The position numbers and the translations under genes were made by a program. Below are positions 9,817-19,111 of a stretch of DNA of 42,284 nt, in pieces. Origin of the DNA: a virus (lineage: Duplodnaviria > Heunggongvirae > Uroviricota > Caudoviricetes). Each line of letters opens with the position of its first letter. The stretch's first letter is position 1. The notes under the pieces were generated by a model, which saw only the letters and a program-made list of their open reading frames with translations, had not been told where the DNA came from and did not search any database. The stretch lies in the IMG/VR virus record IMGVR_UViG_2675903409_000014; one strand, 5' to 3'.

Positions 9817-10563
9817 ATGAAAAATATTGCGACAGGCGACGTTCTTGAACGTATCCGCAGACTGGCCCCGTCACATGTAACCGCGCCATTCAAGACGGTA
9901 GCGGAGTGGCGCGAGTGGCAACTTTCCGAAGGCCAGAAACGTTGTGAGGAGATCAACCGTCAGAATCGTCAGTTGCGGGTGGAAAAAATTCTGAATCGCT
10001 CTGGCATCCAGCCATTGCACCGCAAATGCTCGTTTTCGAATTACCAGGTGCAGAACGAAGCGCAGCGATACGCGTTGAGTCAGGCGAAATCCATCGCTGA
10101 TGAACTGATGACCGGGTGTACAAATTTTGCGTTCAGCGGAAAACCTGGTACCGGGAAGAACCACTTAGCGGCAGCTATCGGGAATCGCCTGCTGAAAGAC
10201 GGTCAGACAGTGATTGTGGTTACCGTGGCTGATGTTATGAGTGCCCTGCACGCCAGCTATGACGATGGGCAGTCAGGCGAAAAATTTTTGCGGGAACTAT
10301 GCGAAGTGGATCTGCTGGTTCTTGATGAAATTGGCATTCAGCGCGAGACGAAAAACGAGCAGGTGGTGCTGCACCAGATTGTTGATCGCCGGACAGCGTC
10401 GATGCGCAGCGTGGGGATGCTGACAAACCTGAACTATGAGGTGATGAAAACATTGCTCGGCGAGCGGGTGATGGATCGCATGGTCATGAACGGCGGGCGC
10501 TGGGTGAATTTTAACTGGGAGAGCTGGCGTCCGAATGTTAGCCATTCGAGGGTTGTTAAGTAG
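9817..10563 (+). CDS. ydaV: YdaV, DnaC-like replication ATPase
   Basis: 248 aa with Walker A GKPGTGKNHLAAAIG and Walker B LLVLDEIG; matches recalled YdaV. Confidence 0.9.
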   Translation: MKNIATGDVLERIRRLAPSHVTAPFKTVAEWREWQLSEGQKRCEEINRQNRQLRVEKILNRSGIQPLHRKCSFSNYQVQNEAQRYALSQAKSIADELMTGCTNFAFSGKPGTGKNHLAAAIGNRLLKDGQTVIVVTVADVMSALHASYDDGQSGEKFLRELCEVDLLVLDEIGIQRETKNEQVVLHQIVDRRTASMRSVGMLTNLNYEVMKTLLGERVMDRMVMNGGRWVNFNWESWRPNVSHSRVVK

Positions 10564-10577
10564 TTTCAGGAGGATTT

Positions 10578-11000
10578 ATGGCGAAACCTTTTACTCCCGA
10601 ACAGCGGGAAGAACTGAAGACGCGAATTGTGGAACTCGTGCATCAGGACGGTCGGGTCACGATTCGGCAGTTGTCAGATGAAACAGGTATCAGTCGTGCG
10701 TCTGTCGGTCGCTTATGCATAGAACTGGTCGCAAGTGGTGATGTATATAATTCTGGCTACGGCTTATTCCCGTCTGAACAGGCTCGCAAGGACTGGCAAA
10801 GCGCCCGCAAAAAACTCTCGAGAGTAAAGGTGAGGAAACCGGTTGTTGTTGATCCGGACCTTATCTGGTCATTACCTGACGGAGAAATACGCCGCTACGA
10901 CAGGCGCCTGAATATAATCTGTCGCGAGTGCCGGAAGAGCGAAGCTATGCAGCGTGTACTGGCTTTCTATCAGGGTAATTTTCAGGAGGCGATACTGTGA
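10578..11000 (+). CDS. Hypothetical nin-region protein at the ydaW position (paralog of 14496..14912)
   Basis: 140 aa; SD aggagg 6 nt upstream of ATG; C-terminal approx 90 aa nearly identical to the second copy (GDVYNSGYGLFPSEQARKDW...RRYDRR.NIICRECRKSE). Confidence 0.7.
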   Translation: MAKPFTPEQREELKTRIVELVHQDGRVTIRQLSDETGISRASVGRLCIELVASGDVYNSGYGLFPSEQARKDWQSARKKLSRVKVRKPVVVDPDLIWSLPDGEIRRYDRRLNIICRECRKSEAMQRVLAFYQGNFQEAIL

Positions 11001-11414
11001 ATGAAATTAGCTATCAGGCTTCAATTACCGCTGGCATTCGCATCAAAGGAGAGGAGCATGGAAATAAAACCAGAAGATGAGTTAAGCAATATCGTTTTAT
11101 TTCCGGTAAAAGAGGATGACCCTCGTAATCAGGTTAATTTTCTTTATGAGCCATCGGAAAGACCATATTGCCATCACGCCTCTGTACGGGTTGACGAAAA
11201 AGAGCGTCAGGTCCGCTGTAAAATCTGCGGTGCGGTTGTGGAGCCGTTTGACTGGATGCTCTCTGTGGCAAAAAGAGAAACCAGACTGGCAGATGATGTA
11301 AGGCTATTGCGCCAGGAGGAACAGGAAAGGCGGAGAAATATAGAAAAGCTGATACAGATTGAGCGTAACGCGAAAGCGCGGATACGCAGGGCGACAAAAT
11401 CCAGAACTGAATAA
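11001..11414 (+). CDS. Hypothetical zinc-ribbon protein
   Basis: 137-aa ORF; CHH...RCKICG cysteine motif; alternative start at 11058 (MEIKPEDEL) with SD aaggagaggag. Confidence 0.55.
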   Translation: MKLAIRLQLPLAFASKERSMEIKPEDELSNIVLFPVKEDDPRNQVNFLYEPSERPYCHHASVRVDEKERQVRCKICGAVVEPFDWMLSVAKRETRLADDVRLLRQEEQERRRNIEKLIQIERNAKARIRRATKSRTE

Positions 11415-11561
11415 TTAAATTTAGCACTGTTAAAAATTTAATCCTTAACCGGAGGGATTTCTGCACCCTCAAATCATCAGGAGACCACCCGAAAGGGCGG
11501 GGAGCAGTCACACATCTGTTTCCGATAGCCCCGTTCTAATGCTACACTCTTTGATATTTTT

Positions 11562-12248
11562 ATGACCCCAATAAACATATTTATGACAGTTGCTGATTTC
11601 AAACGGCCCAAATTGGAGCTCCCAAACGGGGCAAACAAACTACTACTGCACTCTTGCTGTGCTCCATGTTCCGGTGAGGTGATGGAGGCGCTTCAGGCCT
11701 CGGGAATCGACTACACCATCTTTTTCTACAACCCGAACATTCATCCTCAGAAAGAGTATTTAATTCGTAAGGATGAGAATATTCGCTTTGCTGAACAACA
11801 CGGCGTGCCGTTTATTGATGCTGATTACGACACAGACAACTGGTTTGAACGAGCCAAAGGAATGGAATGGGAGCCCGAACGAGGGATCCGTTGCACCATG
11901 TGTTTTGACATGCGTTTTGAGCGGACAGCGCTGTACGCCGCTGAAAATGGTTTCAGTGTGATCAGCAGTTCACTGGGCATTTCACGCTGGAAAAATATGC
12001 AGCAGGTTAACGACTGTGGGCGGCGAGCCGTCGCGCATTATCCGGGCATGGTGTACTGGGATTATAACTGGCGCAAGCAGGGCGGCTCGTCCCGTATGAT
12101 TGAAATCAGCAAGCGCGAAAAATTCTATCAGCAGGAATATTGTGGCTGTGTGTATTCTCTGCGCGATACCAATCTACACCGCAAATCTCAGGGACGCCCT
12201 CTTATCAAAATTGGTCAACTCCACTACGGTAAAGAAGAGAAGGAGTGA
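11562..12248 (+). CDS. QueH/DUF208-like protein (epoxyqueuosine reductase family)
   Basis: 228 aa with [19 protein letters not shown] and QEYCGCVYS motifs recalled as hallmarks of DUF208/QueH. Confidence 0.7.
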   Translation: MTPINIFMTVADFKRPKLELPNGANKLLLHSCCAPCSGEVMEALQASGIDYTIFFYNPNIHPQKEYLIRKDENIRFAEQHGVPFIDADYDTDNWFERAKGMEWEPERGIRCTMCFDMRFERTALYAAENGFSVISSSLGISRWKNMQQVNDCGRRAVAHYPGMVYWDYNWRKQGGSSRMIEISKREKFYQQEYCGCVYSLRDTNLHRKSQGRPLIKIGQLHYGKEEKE

Positions 12249-12270
12249 TTTTATGGGGCACCTTTCTGAT

Positions 12271-12520
12271 NNNNNNNNNNNNNNNNNNNNNNNNNNNNNN
12301 NNNNNNNNNNNNNNNNNNNNNNNNNNNNNNNNNNNNNNNNNNNNNNNNNNNNNNNNNNNNNNNNNNNNNNNNNNNNNNNNNNNNNNNNNNNNNNNNNNNN
12401 NNNNNNNNNNNNNNNNNNNNNNNNNNNNNNNNNNNNNNNNNNNNNNNNNNNNNNNNNNNNNNNNNNNNNNNNNNNNNNNNNNNNNNNNNNNNNNNNNNNN
12501 NNNNNNNNNNNNNNNNNNNN
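12271..12520. other. Undetermined sequence (N-run) after QueH-like gene
   Basis: 250 N. Confidence 1.
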
Positions 12521-12696
12521 AGTGACGGCACTGGTAACGAGGAAAGACCTCTGTGAGGTACGAATCCGAACCGGCCAGACGGAGGTCGCTGTCTTCGTAG
12601 ACTACGAATCCAGGAAGTAAGAGTGACCGGGCGGGGAGCTGATCCCATCCCCGCCCACCTCTGATGTGTCAGGCATCCTCAACGCACCCGCACTTA

Positions 12697-12742
12697 ACCC
12701 GCCCATCGCTGTGATCTCTCAGCGTTTCGGCGGGTTTTTTGT
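12697..12742 (+). terminator. Rho-independent terminator
   Basis: Stem CCCGCC (12698-12703) / GGCGGG (12729-12734) with inner CGCTG/CAGCG pairing, followed by TTTTTTGTTGTTT. Confidence 0.6.
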
Positions 12743-12869
12743 TGTTTATTTCCGGTGAATTTGATTCGCGCACCTTCGCAGATAGAATCGACTCACTTAA
12801 GTAGCGCGCAGGGAGAAGAGGGATGGACCCCGAACAGGGGAGAGCTATTTATCTGGAAGGATTCTGAAG

Positions 12870-13157
12870 ATGAAAATCGAAGAATTGCGTGAAATTTTTA
12901 GTGAAAATGGCCTCTATGCTGTGCGCGTTGAGAATGGAGCGATTGTCAGCCATTGCCGCATTAGATGTTTGCAATCTCAACAAAGGAAGAGCGGTGCTGT
13001 GTTATTTTATTTTTGTAATGGACTTCTGACGGACGGTTTTATTTTGCGTGAGGACGAATTTGTCACATCATTACGGGTTTTGAAAGAGATTGGTTTTAAG
13101 GCTGGTTTTCTGCTTTTGCTGAAGAATAAACTCATCTACAATCTTGAGCAGGATTGA
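12870..13157 (+). CDS. Hypothetical protein
   Basis: 95-aa ORF with SD ggaagga 8 nt upstream; upstream TTGATT-16-TAGAAT promoter-like elements. Confidence 0.5.
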   Translation: MKIEELREIFSENGLYAVRVENGAIVSHCRIRCLQSQQRKSGAVLFYFCNGLLTDGFILREDEFVTSLRVLKEIGFKAGFLLLLKNKLIYNLEQD

Positions 13158-13195
13158 ACTCCTGCTGTGTAACACCGTGCCACCGGAGAAAGCCG

Positions 13196-13444
13196 ATGGC
13201 ACATATACAACTGGTCAAACAAACCTCTTCCGGATTACTTCTCCCGGCGACGCCGGAGAGTTGCGATTTTCTGCATCAAATCAAAATAGGTGAGTGGATA
13301 CACGCAGACTTTAAGCGTGTGTGTAACTACGCATTCCACAAGCGTTTTTTCAAACTCCTGCAACTGGGTTTCGATTACTGGACTCCGGTCGGTGGGGCGA
13401 TCACGCCTCGCGAACGAAAACTGGTGTCCGGTTTCGTTGATTAC
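13196..13444 (+). CDS. nin-region protein, partial copy (3' part masked by N-run), paralog of 18863..19462
   Basis: MAHIQLVKQTSSGLLLPATPESCDFLHQIKIGEWIHADFKRV...; about 97 percent nt identity to 18863-19111. Confidence 0.55.
13196..13444 (+). repeat. Direct repeat copy A (about 249 bp visible, truncated by N-run)
   Basis: About 8 mismatches in 249 nt versus 18863-19111. Confidence 0.8.
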
Positions 13445-13694
13445 NNNNNNNNNNNNNNNNNNNNNNNNNNNNNNNNNNNNNNNNNNNNNNNNNNNNNNNN
13501 NNNNNNNNNNNNNNNNNNNNNNNNNNNNNNNNNNNNNNNNNNNNNNNNNNNNNNNNNNNNNNNNNNNNNNNNNNNNNNNNNNNNNNNNNNNNNNNNNNNN
13601 NNNNNNNNNNNNNNNNNNNNNNNNNNNNNNNNNNNNNNNNNNNNNNNNNNNNNNNNNNNNNNNNNNNNNNNNNNNNNNNNNNNNNNNNNNNNNN
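13445..13694. other. Undetermined sequence (N-run) inside nin-region repeat gene copy A
   Basis: 250 N. Confidence 1.
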
Positions 13695-13718
13695 AATTTT
13701 TACCGGGAGGAAATTTTT

Positions 13719-14480
13719 ATGGAGACTGTTTTTGACGCACTGAAAGCAATGGGAAAAGCCACATCCATAGAACTTGCTGCGCGACTTGATATCAGTCGTG
13801 AAGAAGTGCTGAACGAACTATGGGAACTGAAAAAAGCTGGTTTCGTTGATAAAAGCGCGTACACCTGGCGTGTGGCTGATAACAACGTTCAGCAGGAACA
13901 GCCAATGCAGGCAGAACTGCCGGAAGAAACCACCACGGCAACTGTAGTGAAAATCTCAGAGTGCGATTTAACCGCGACGATTGAACAACGCGGACCACAA
14001 ACGGCGGATGAACTGGCTACGCTGTTCGGTACAACATCCCGCAAAGTTGCTTCAACGCTGGCAATGGCAATCAGCAAAGGACGCCTGATTCGCGTAAACC
14101 AGAACAGTAAATTTCGTTACTGCATGCCGGGCGATAATTTACCAGCAGAGCCGAAAGCTGCATCGGTAGCGGAAACTGATGGTAAAGCCTTTCCTCAGCC
14201 AGCCGGTGTTGCGTTACCAGTACAGGAAGCGGCAACACAGGAAGATATTAAAACAGAAACTGTGGCGGACATTGTGCAGTCGCTGCCATCGTTTACTGAA
14301 ACGCAAGCGGATGACCTAGTTTTACCATCGCTGCATATGGCAAACCGCGAACTGCGTCGGGCGAAAAATCATGTCCAGAAGTGGGAGCGAGTCTGCGCCG
14401 CGCTGCGGGAGCTGAACAAGCACCGGGATATTGTCCGACAGATTGTCGATTCCTCCAGTCGTATTGTGTCGGAAAAGTGA
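13719..14480 (+). CDS. Hypothetical protein, probable winged-helix N-terminus and acidic linker
   Basis: 253 aa [45 protein letters not shown]...; SD gggagg upstream; first codon right after N-run. Confidence 0.65.
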   Translation: METVFDALKAMGKATSIELAARLDISREEVLNELWELKKAGFVDKSAYTWRVADNNVQQEQPMQAELPEETTTATVVKISECDLTATIEQRGPQTADELATLFGTTSRKVASTLAMAISKGRLIRVNQNSKFRYCMPGDNLPAEPKAASVAETDGKAFPQPAGVALPVQEAATQEDIKTETVADIVQSLPSFTETQADDLVLPSLHMANRELRRAKNHVQKWERVCAALRELNKHRDIVRQIVDSSSRIVSEK

Positions 14481-14495
14481 TTGCCGGAGGCGCTT

Positions 14496-14912
14496 ATGGC
14501 AAAAGTTTTTACACAGGAAGAGCGTGAAAAAATTAAGGAGCAGGTTGTTGAGTTGGTACGCCAGAGTGGGCGCGAGACGTTAAGGCAACTGGAGGCCAAG
14601 ACAGGTGCGACAAGATATCTGATGAGCATTCTTGCCAGAGAGTTGGTTGCCAGTGGCGATGTATACAACTCTGGCTATGGGTTATTCCCGTCTGAACAGG
14701 CTCGTAAGGATTGGAAAAACGCCCGCAAAAAACTATCCAGGGCAAAGGTGAAAAAAACGGTTGTGGTTGATCCTGACCTTATCTGGTCATTACCAGACGG
14801 AGAAATACGCCGCTATGACAGGCGTCAGAACATAATCTGTCGCGAGTGCCGGAAGAGTGAAGTTATGAAACGTGTACTGGCATTTTATCAAGGAAATCTT
14901 CGGTATTTATAG
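14496..14912 (+). CDS. Hypothetical nin-region protein, second paralog of 10578..11000
   Basis: MAKVFTQEEREKIKEQVVELVRQSGRETLRQLE...; SD ggagg upstream of ATG at 14496 (track ORF starts at TTG 14481). Confidence 0.7.
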   Translation: MAKVFTQEEREKIKEQVVELVRQSGRETLRQLEAKTGATRYLMSILARELVASGDVYNSGYGLFPSEQARKDWKNARKKLSRAKVKKTVVVDPDLIWSLPDGEIRRYDRRQNIICRECRKSEVMKRVLAFYQGNLRYL

Positions 14913-15050
14913 ACGTTACTAGATCAAAGAGCATTAGTTCATATGTAAATTGACATTTTTCTGGCACAGGGGAGAGCTAGCGTGGTTGTCCGCTTTGTGC
15001 CAATAGCGGACATTGCTGGCTCATGGTATGTTAGTTTAAGGAGGCAGGTT

Positions 15051-16073
15051 ATGCCCTGTATTTCGCTGTGGTATAATAGTTGCGCAATTGATACAAGGGA
15101 GCGTTACATCGTGAAAATTGTTTTCGAGGTTAATGGAAAGAAAGTTCCACTAAAATCTTTAAAATACATAAGCAAAAAAGATCAACTCGAAGTAATGAAA
15201 AACTGGTTCTTTGAAAACTTTGAAGATCCGGCAAATGCTTGTCCGTATGAAAGTAGAGAAGGTGGCTATGCTTACATATATGGCGGGCCGTATGATGCGA
15301 GCGAAGAACTACAATCCATCTTCGGTCAATATGTTAAATCTGAGTATATTGAGGAATTAGTAGATGAATTACAAACACAATGTTTTGACTGGTCTGGAAA
15401 CTCAAATAATATAGATGATTGGTACGATGATGATATCTACGACGCTGTAACGTCTTCCGGTAATCCGTATTTAAAATTCATTGATAATATCGATAAAATA
15501 AAAAAACTTGCAAAAGATAAAACTGAACAACAGCAAAAAAACCACTTGCTTAGTTTGCTCTACACGAATGTTATTACAGCTTTGGAAACGCTTTATGTTG
15601 AGCTATTCATTAATTCTATAGAGAAAGATGATGTCTACATAGCCAATTGTATAGAAAAAGGTAAGACTGAATTTAAAGTAAGCAAAGATATTGCTGCGTT
15701 GCCTTTCAAGGGTGAACCCATCGAGAAAATTAGGGGAGAGCTAATCAGGTCAATCAAGGAACACTTGATCAGTGCAAGCTGGCATAGCACTAAAAAGGTA
15801 ATCGACCGCTATGAAGCTACATTCGATATAAAAGTACAAAAAGACTGTCCGATAGAAGCTATTGAATTGGCAACCCTCAATCGAAATCACTTAGTGCATC
15901 GTGGTGGAAAGGATAAAGAAGGGAACCTCGTAGTGATTACAGACCAGGATCTTGAAACGCTGATTGAAAATGCATCGAACCTGGCAATTATGCTCTACAA
16001 CAGTTTAAATGTAGCAACGAATAAAACCACCATTTTGCAACCAGATGACAAACCGTTCATTCATGAATTTTAA
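15051..16073 (+). CDS. Uncharacterized protein A of A+T-rich cassette; C-terminal HEPN-like Rx4H motif
   Basis: Strong SD taaggagg 6-7 nt before ATG 15051; alternative GTG 15111 preceded by TGgTATAAT and aagggag; A+T-rich; motif LNRNHLVHRG. Confidence 0.65.
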   Translation: MPCISLWYNSCAIDTRERYIVKIVFEVNGKKVPLKSLKYISKKDQLEVMKNWFFENFEDPANACPYESREGGYAYIYGGPYDASEELQSIFGQYVKSEYIEELVDELQTQCFDWSGNSNNIDDWYDDDIYDAVTSSGNPYLKFIDNIDKIKKLAKDKTEQQQKNHLLSLLYTNVITALETLYVELFINSIEKDDVYIANCIEKGKTEFKVSKDIAALPFKGEPIEKIRGELIRSIKEHLISASWHSTKKVIDRYEATFDIKVQKDCPIEAIELATLNRNHLVHRGGKDKEGNLVVITDQDLETLIENASNLAIMLYNSLNVATNKTTILQPDDKPFIHEF

Positions 16074-16088
16074 TAGCGCAGGTCATAC

Positions 16089-17090
16089 ATGGATATTCGC
16101 ACACGAAAGACAAAATTTTTAGAGTCGTTAGATTCAACTGAAGTGATACGCAAAGCAGTAAGTCTCGCTATAGATTGCATTATTGATAATCATAATAGTA
16201 ATGAAGATACCCCCTTAGTTATTACCAGCTATGATGATCTCTGTAGAATCCAGGTGCTAAATTATGTACAGGAGTTTTGCGAAGCTGCATTCCCTGATAT
16301 GGATGAATATTACTTTAGTCCTAACATACTTCGCATCAACGGCAAGACTAGTGAAGAAGCTTGTATTAACTTAATTAAACTCTTAAGAAGTACAAAAGGC
16401 ATGCTATTCTGGTCCGATGCCCCATCGTGGTTCGCTAGCCTCCCCGACGGATTATTCCATGTTGTTAACATTGATCAAAAAATCGTTACTCGCGGCCTTA
16501 ATAAGAAAAACTCTAAGCCGACAATAATCAATAAAGATTACAGTGTAGATACACTACTATCAGAGCTATTTTTGAATGGCGCACACATGGAGCAACCCAA
16601 CGTACACAACGTTTCTGAGGGAAACATGAAGTTCTATGATGAATGCCATGCTGGATTAATCAGACCAATACCCGCTCCAATAGGCGCGTCATACGATGAA
16701 GAGATCACAATTAATTCTCCAGATTGGCAAAAGCTCGCGTGTGTAGCTTTACGCCGCTATCAGTCGAAGGAATGTCATGACGGAATGCAATGGGATACAA
16801 CCGATCATGGTTGGACTGATGTAATCGCGTATCCATTCGTCGAAGAAATACAATCAATGGATAATAGTGGTTATCGACAATGTTTAGTTGGGCTGGTCAC
16901 AATAAACAATTCAAATGCAAATTCTCCGTACCTATCTACCGTTTGGATACATCCATTTTATCGCAGGAGAGGGTTATTAAGTAAGTTATGGCCAAAATTA
17001 CAAGAGTTATATGGAAGTAACTTCGAAATTGAGCGACCTAATGAAAATATGAAAGCATTTCTGAAAAGTGCGAAACACGCAGATTACTAA
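16089..17090 (+). CDS. Uncharacterized protein B of A+T-rich cassette; C-terminal GNAT-like motif
   Basis: 333-aa ORF 15 nt after gene A; VWIHPFYRRRGLLSKLWPKL resembles GNAT acetyl-CoA motif A. Confidence 0.7.
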   Translation: MDIRTRKTKFLESLDSTEVIRKAVSLAIDCIIDNHNSNEDTPLVITSYDDLCRIQVLNYVQEFCEAAFPDMDEYYFSPNILRINGKTSEEACINLIKLLRSTKGMLFWSDAPSWFASLPDGLFHVVNIDQKIVTRGLNKKNSKPTIINKDYSVDTLLSELFLNGAHMEQPNVHNVSEGNMKFYDECHAGLIRPIPAPIGASYDEEITINSPDWQKLACVALRRYQSKECHDGMQWDTTDHGWTDVIAYPFVEEIQSMDNSGYRQCLVGLVTINNSNANSPYLSTVWIHPFYRRRGLLSKLWPKLQELYGSNFEIERPNENMKAFLKSAKHADY

Positions 17091-17642
17091 TTTATGAATC
17101 AGTCTGTGGAGTTAGGGTTGGTGTGAACAAGTAGGGTAAGAGCCTCAACGTGATGCTATGCCGACCTGCTCCCTGAGAATTCACACAGAAGGCTGCTAGC
17201 AATGTCTGCAGATCGCTCAAAGCGGACTAAAATGTTGGCTTGTTTCTGACTTAGAGCATTTAAGGAAGTGCTGGTGGTGACTGGTTGTTGTGTTCCATTT
17301 CTACAGAATAAAATCACAGAAACTATACCCAATAGTTGTATTGAATCACTGACGAGACAGCCTCATATTTATCAGGACTGGTGTGCGTCTAATACAGGGG
17401 GTTGTCGTGCTGGTTCTCAAATGTGCGCTGGCTATTGCGGCTGTAATGGCAATTTATTGTCTTGCTGTTGTTCTTATGGAGCGGCTTTCTGATTGATTAC
17501 ATACTGGCTAGAAAAAAGGTGTTACCTTGGTTTATCTTTGTCCGGCAAGGTGCGCTCATTAATCTTAAGTAAATTTATTGCTCAAGTATTCAGATTACTT
17601 CTTATGGTTGAAGTCTCCTGTCAATGTAGAACCAATATATTT

Positions 17643-17681
17643 ACAAAAATGAGACCCGTCGGGGATAGCCCTGCCGGGTCT
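17643..17681 (-). terminator. Rho-independent terminator of the YeaR-like gene
   Basis: Minus-strand hairpin AGACCCG...CGGGTCT followed by CATTTTTG, just past the stop at 17711. Confidence 0.55.
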
Positions 17682-17710
17682 GACTGTTAAAGCATTTTTA
17701 ATATGATCAT

Positions 17711-18049
17711 CTATTTTTTGGTGCTATAGACTTTTTCGCCCGAAAAGTCTGGAGCGACCCAAAAGTTAATATTAAACTGAGCATCATCGCTTAGTTCAAC
17801 ACGGTGCCAGTATTGTGGTGGGCTTGTTGCAAAAGCGCCAGCATTAATGACTACTTTTATCTCCGGTTCAGTAGCATTCTCATCAGTAAAACCATAATAT
17901 GTTACAGTGCCTTCCATTACGCACAACTGCCCAAAAACACCTGCTGCTGTATTATGATGTGTTAATAACGCTGAAGGTACGTTCTCTTTTGTGAAGAACG
18001 GAGTTGAGCGTTTGATTACCCAATCTTTAGGAATTCTCTTGTGTGTCAT
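17711..18049 (-). CDS. YeaR-like DUF1971 (TehB-related cupin-like) protein
   Basis: KRSTPFFTKENVPSALLTHH...VMEGTVTYYGFTDENATEPE...FNINFWVAPD parallels recalled YeaR; SD ggagg before MTHKRIP start. Confidence 0.7.
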   Translation of the reverse strand: MTHKRIPKDWVIKRSTPFFTKENVPSALLTHHNTAAGVFGQLCVMEGTVTYYGFTDENATEPEIKVVINAGAFATSPPQYWHRVELSDDAQFNINFWVAPDFSGEKVYSTKK

Positions 18050-18862
18050 AACCACCTCCTCCAAAACATGCATTAAAAATGCATCTTTTGGAGGGTTATG
18101 TCAAGCTGTTATGAAACACATAATTGATATGTTGATTAGAGGAGAAGATAGAATAAATATGGTTGTTTTTCGTATAACTATTTGTTTTACTTTTAGTTTA
18201 TGCATTCTGTGTGTTAGGAATAAGTTATTAAAGTTTAATCAAAAAATCTCGATGTAGTCCACATAGATTACTGTTACTGAACCTTATTGTGTGTATTAGT
18301 TGTGTTCTGAAATTTCAGCTTAATTATTTATGATGTATTTTTTAACGATAAATATTTTCCCAGGATACCTTTACTGTGTATATAAATAAATTATATACGC
18401 ATAAATAATGTAAAGGCGTCCTTTTAGATATATCTTATCAAATGTTAATGACTTGAGTGGGAAATATGATTCCAGCAACTTATCATGTGGCTACTTTATA
18501 AAAATAATGCCCATATAAAACAACAAGCGAAAAGGATTACGGATAAAAAAGGAGCGAGATGTGCGAACTTGTTATTTTCCATGTTTAACCACCTTAAATA
18601 ATTGATGATGACGGGATGATTGCATCTGTAATGCTTTTATTGAAATGTTATGATAAAAAAGAACTTTTGCATAACATTAAAATGTAATTTATCTAATCGT
18701 TTTTAATAATAAGTGTCGTATTTCTATCCTTGTACCAGCTATTTGATATGTAGTGTTTGTTCATGCTATGTGGGGCTTTACACCATAGCCAGTTTATTTA
18801 TACTTTATTCGTCAGCCTGAACAACTGGCATCTGCTGCGCTGCGCCATCGAGAGATTGAGAA

Positions 18863-19111
18863 ATGGCGCATATACAACTGGTCAAACAAACCTCTTCTGG
18901 TTTACTTCTCCCGGCGACGCCGGAGAGTTGCGATTTTCTGCATCAAATCAAAATAGGTGAGTGGATACACGCAGACTTTAAGCGTGTGCGTAACTACGCA
19001 TTCCACAAGCGTTTTTTCAAACTCCTGCAACTGGGATTCGATTACTGGACTCCGGTCGGTGGGGCGATCACGCCTCGCGAACGAGAACTGCTGTCTGGTT
19101 TCGTTGATTAC
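18863..19111 (+). repeat. Direct repeat copy B
   Basis: Matches 13196-13444 at about 97 percent identity. Confidence 0.8.

Noticed and set aside
12555-12615. Possible tRNA suggested by CGAATCC T-loop-like strings
   Set aside because: Both copies read TACGAATCC rather than the canonical TTCGAATCC, and no cloverleaf with acceptor stem could be built by eye.
12100-12648. ORFs in the track that run through N-runs (for example 12100..12525, 12205..12648, 22844..23275, 19754..20092)
   Set aside because: Reading frames are open only because N codons are not stops.
14982-15050. Upstream extension of cassette protein A from the 14982 ORF start
   Set aside because: The extension is in GC-normal sequence without an SD and contains promoter-like elements; starts at 15051 or 15111 are better supported.
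17991-18257. 88-aa plus-strand ORF
   Set aside because: Overlaps the 5' end of the YeaR-like gene on the opposite strand and runs into A+T-rich spacer.
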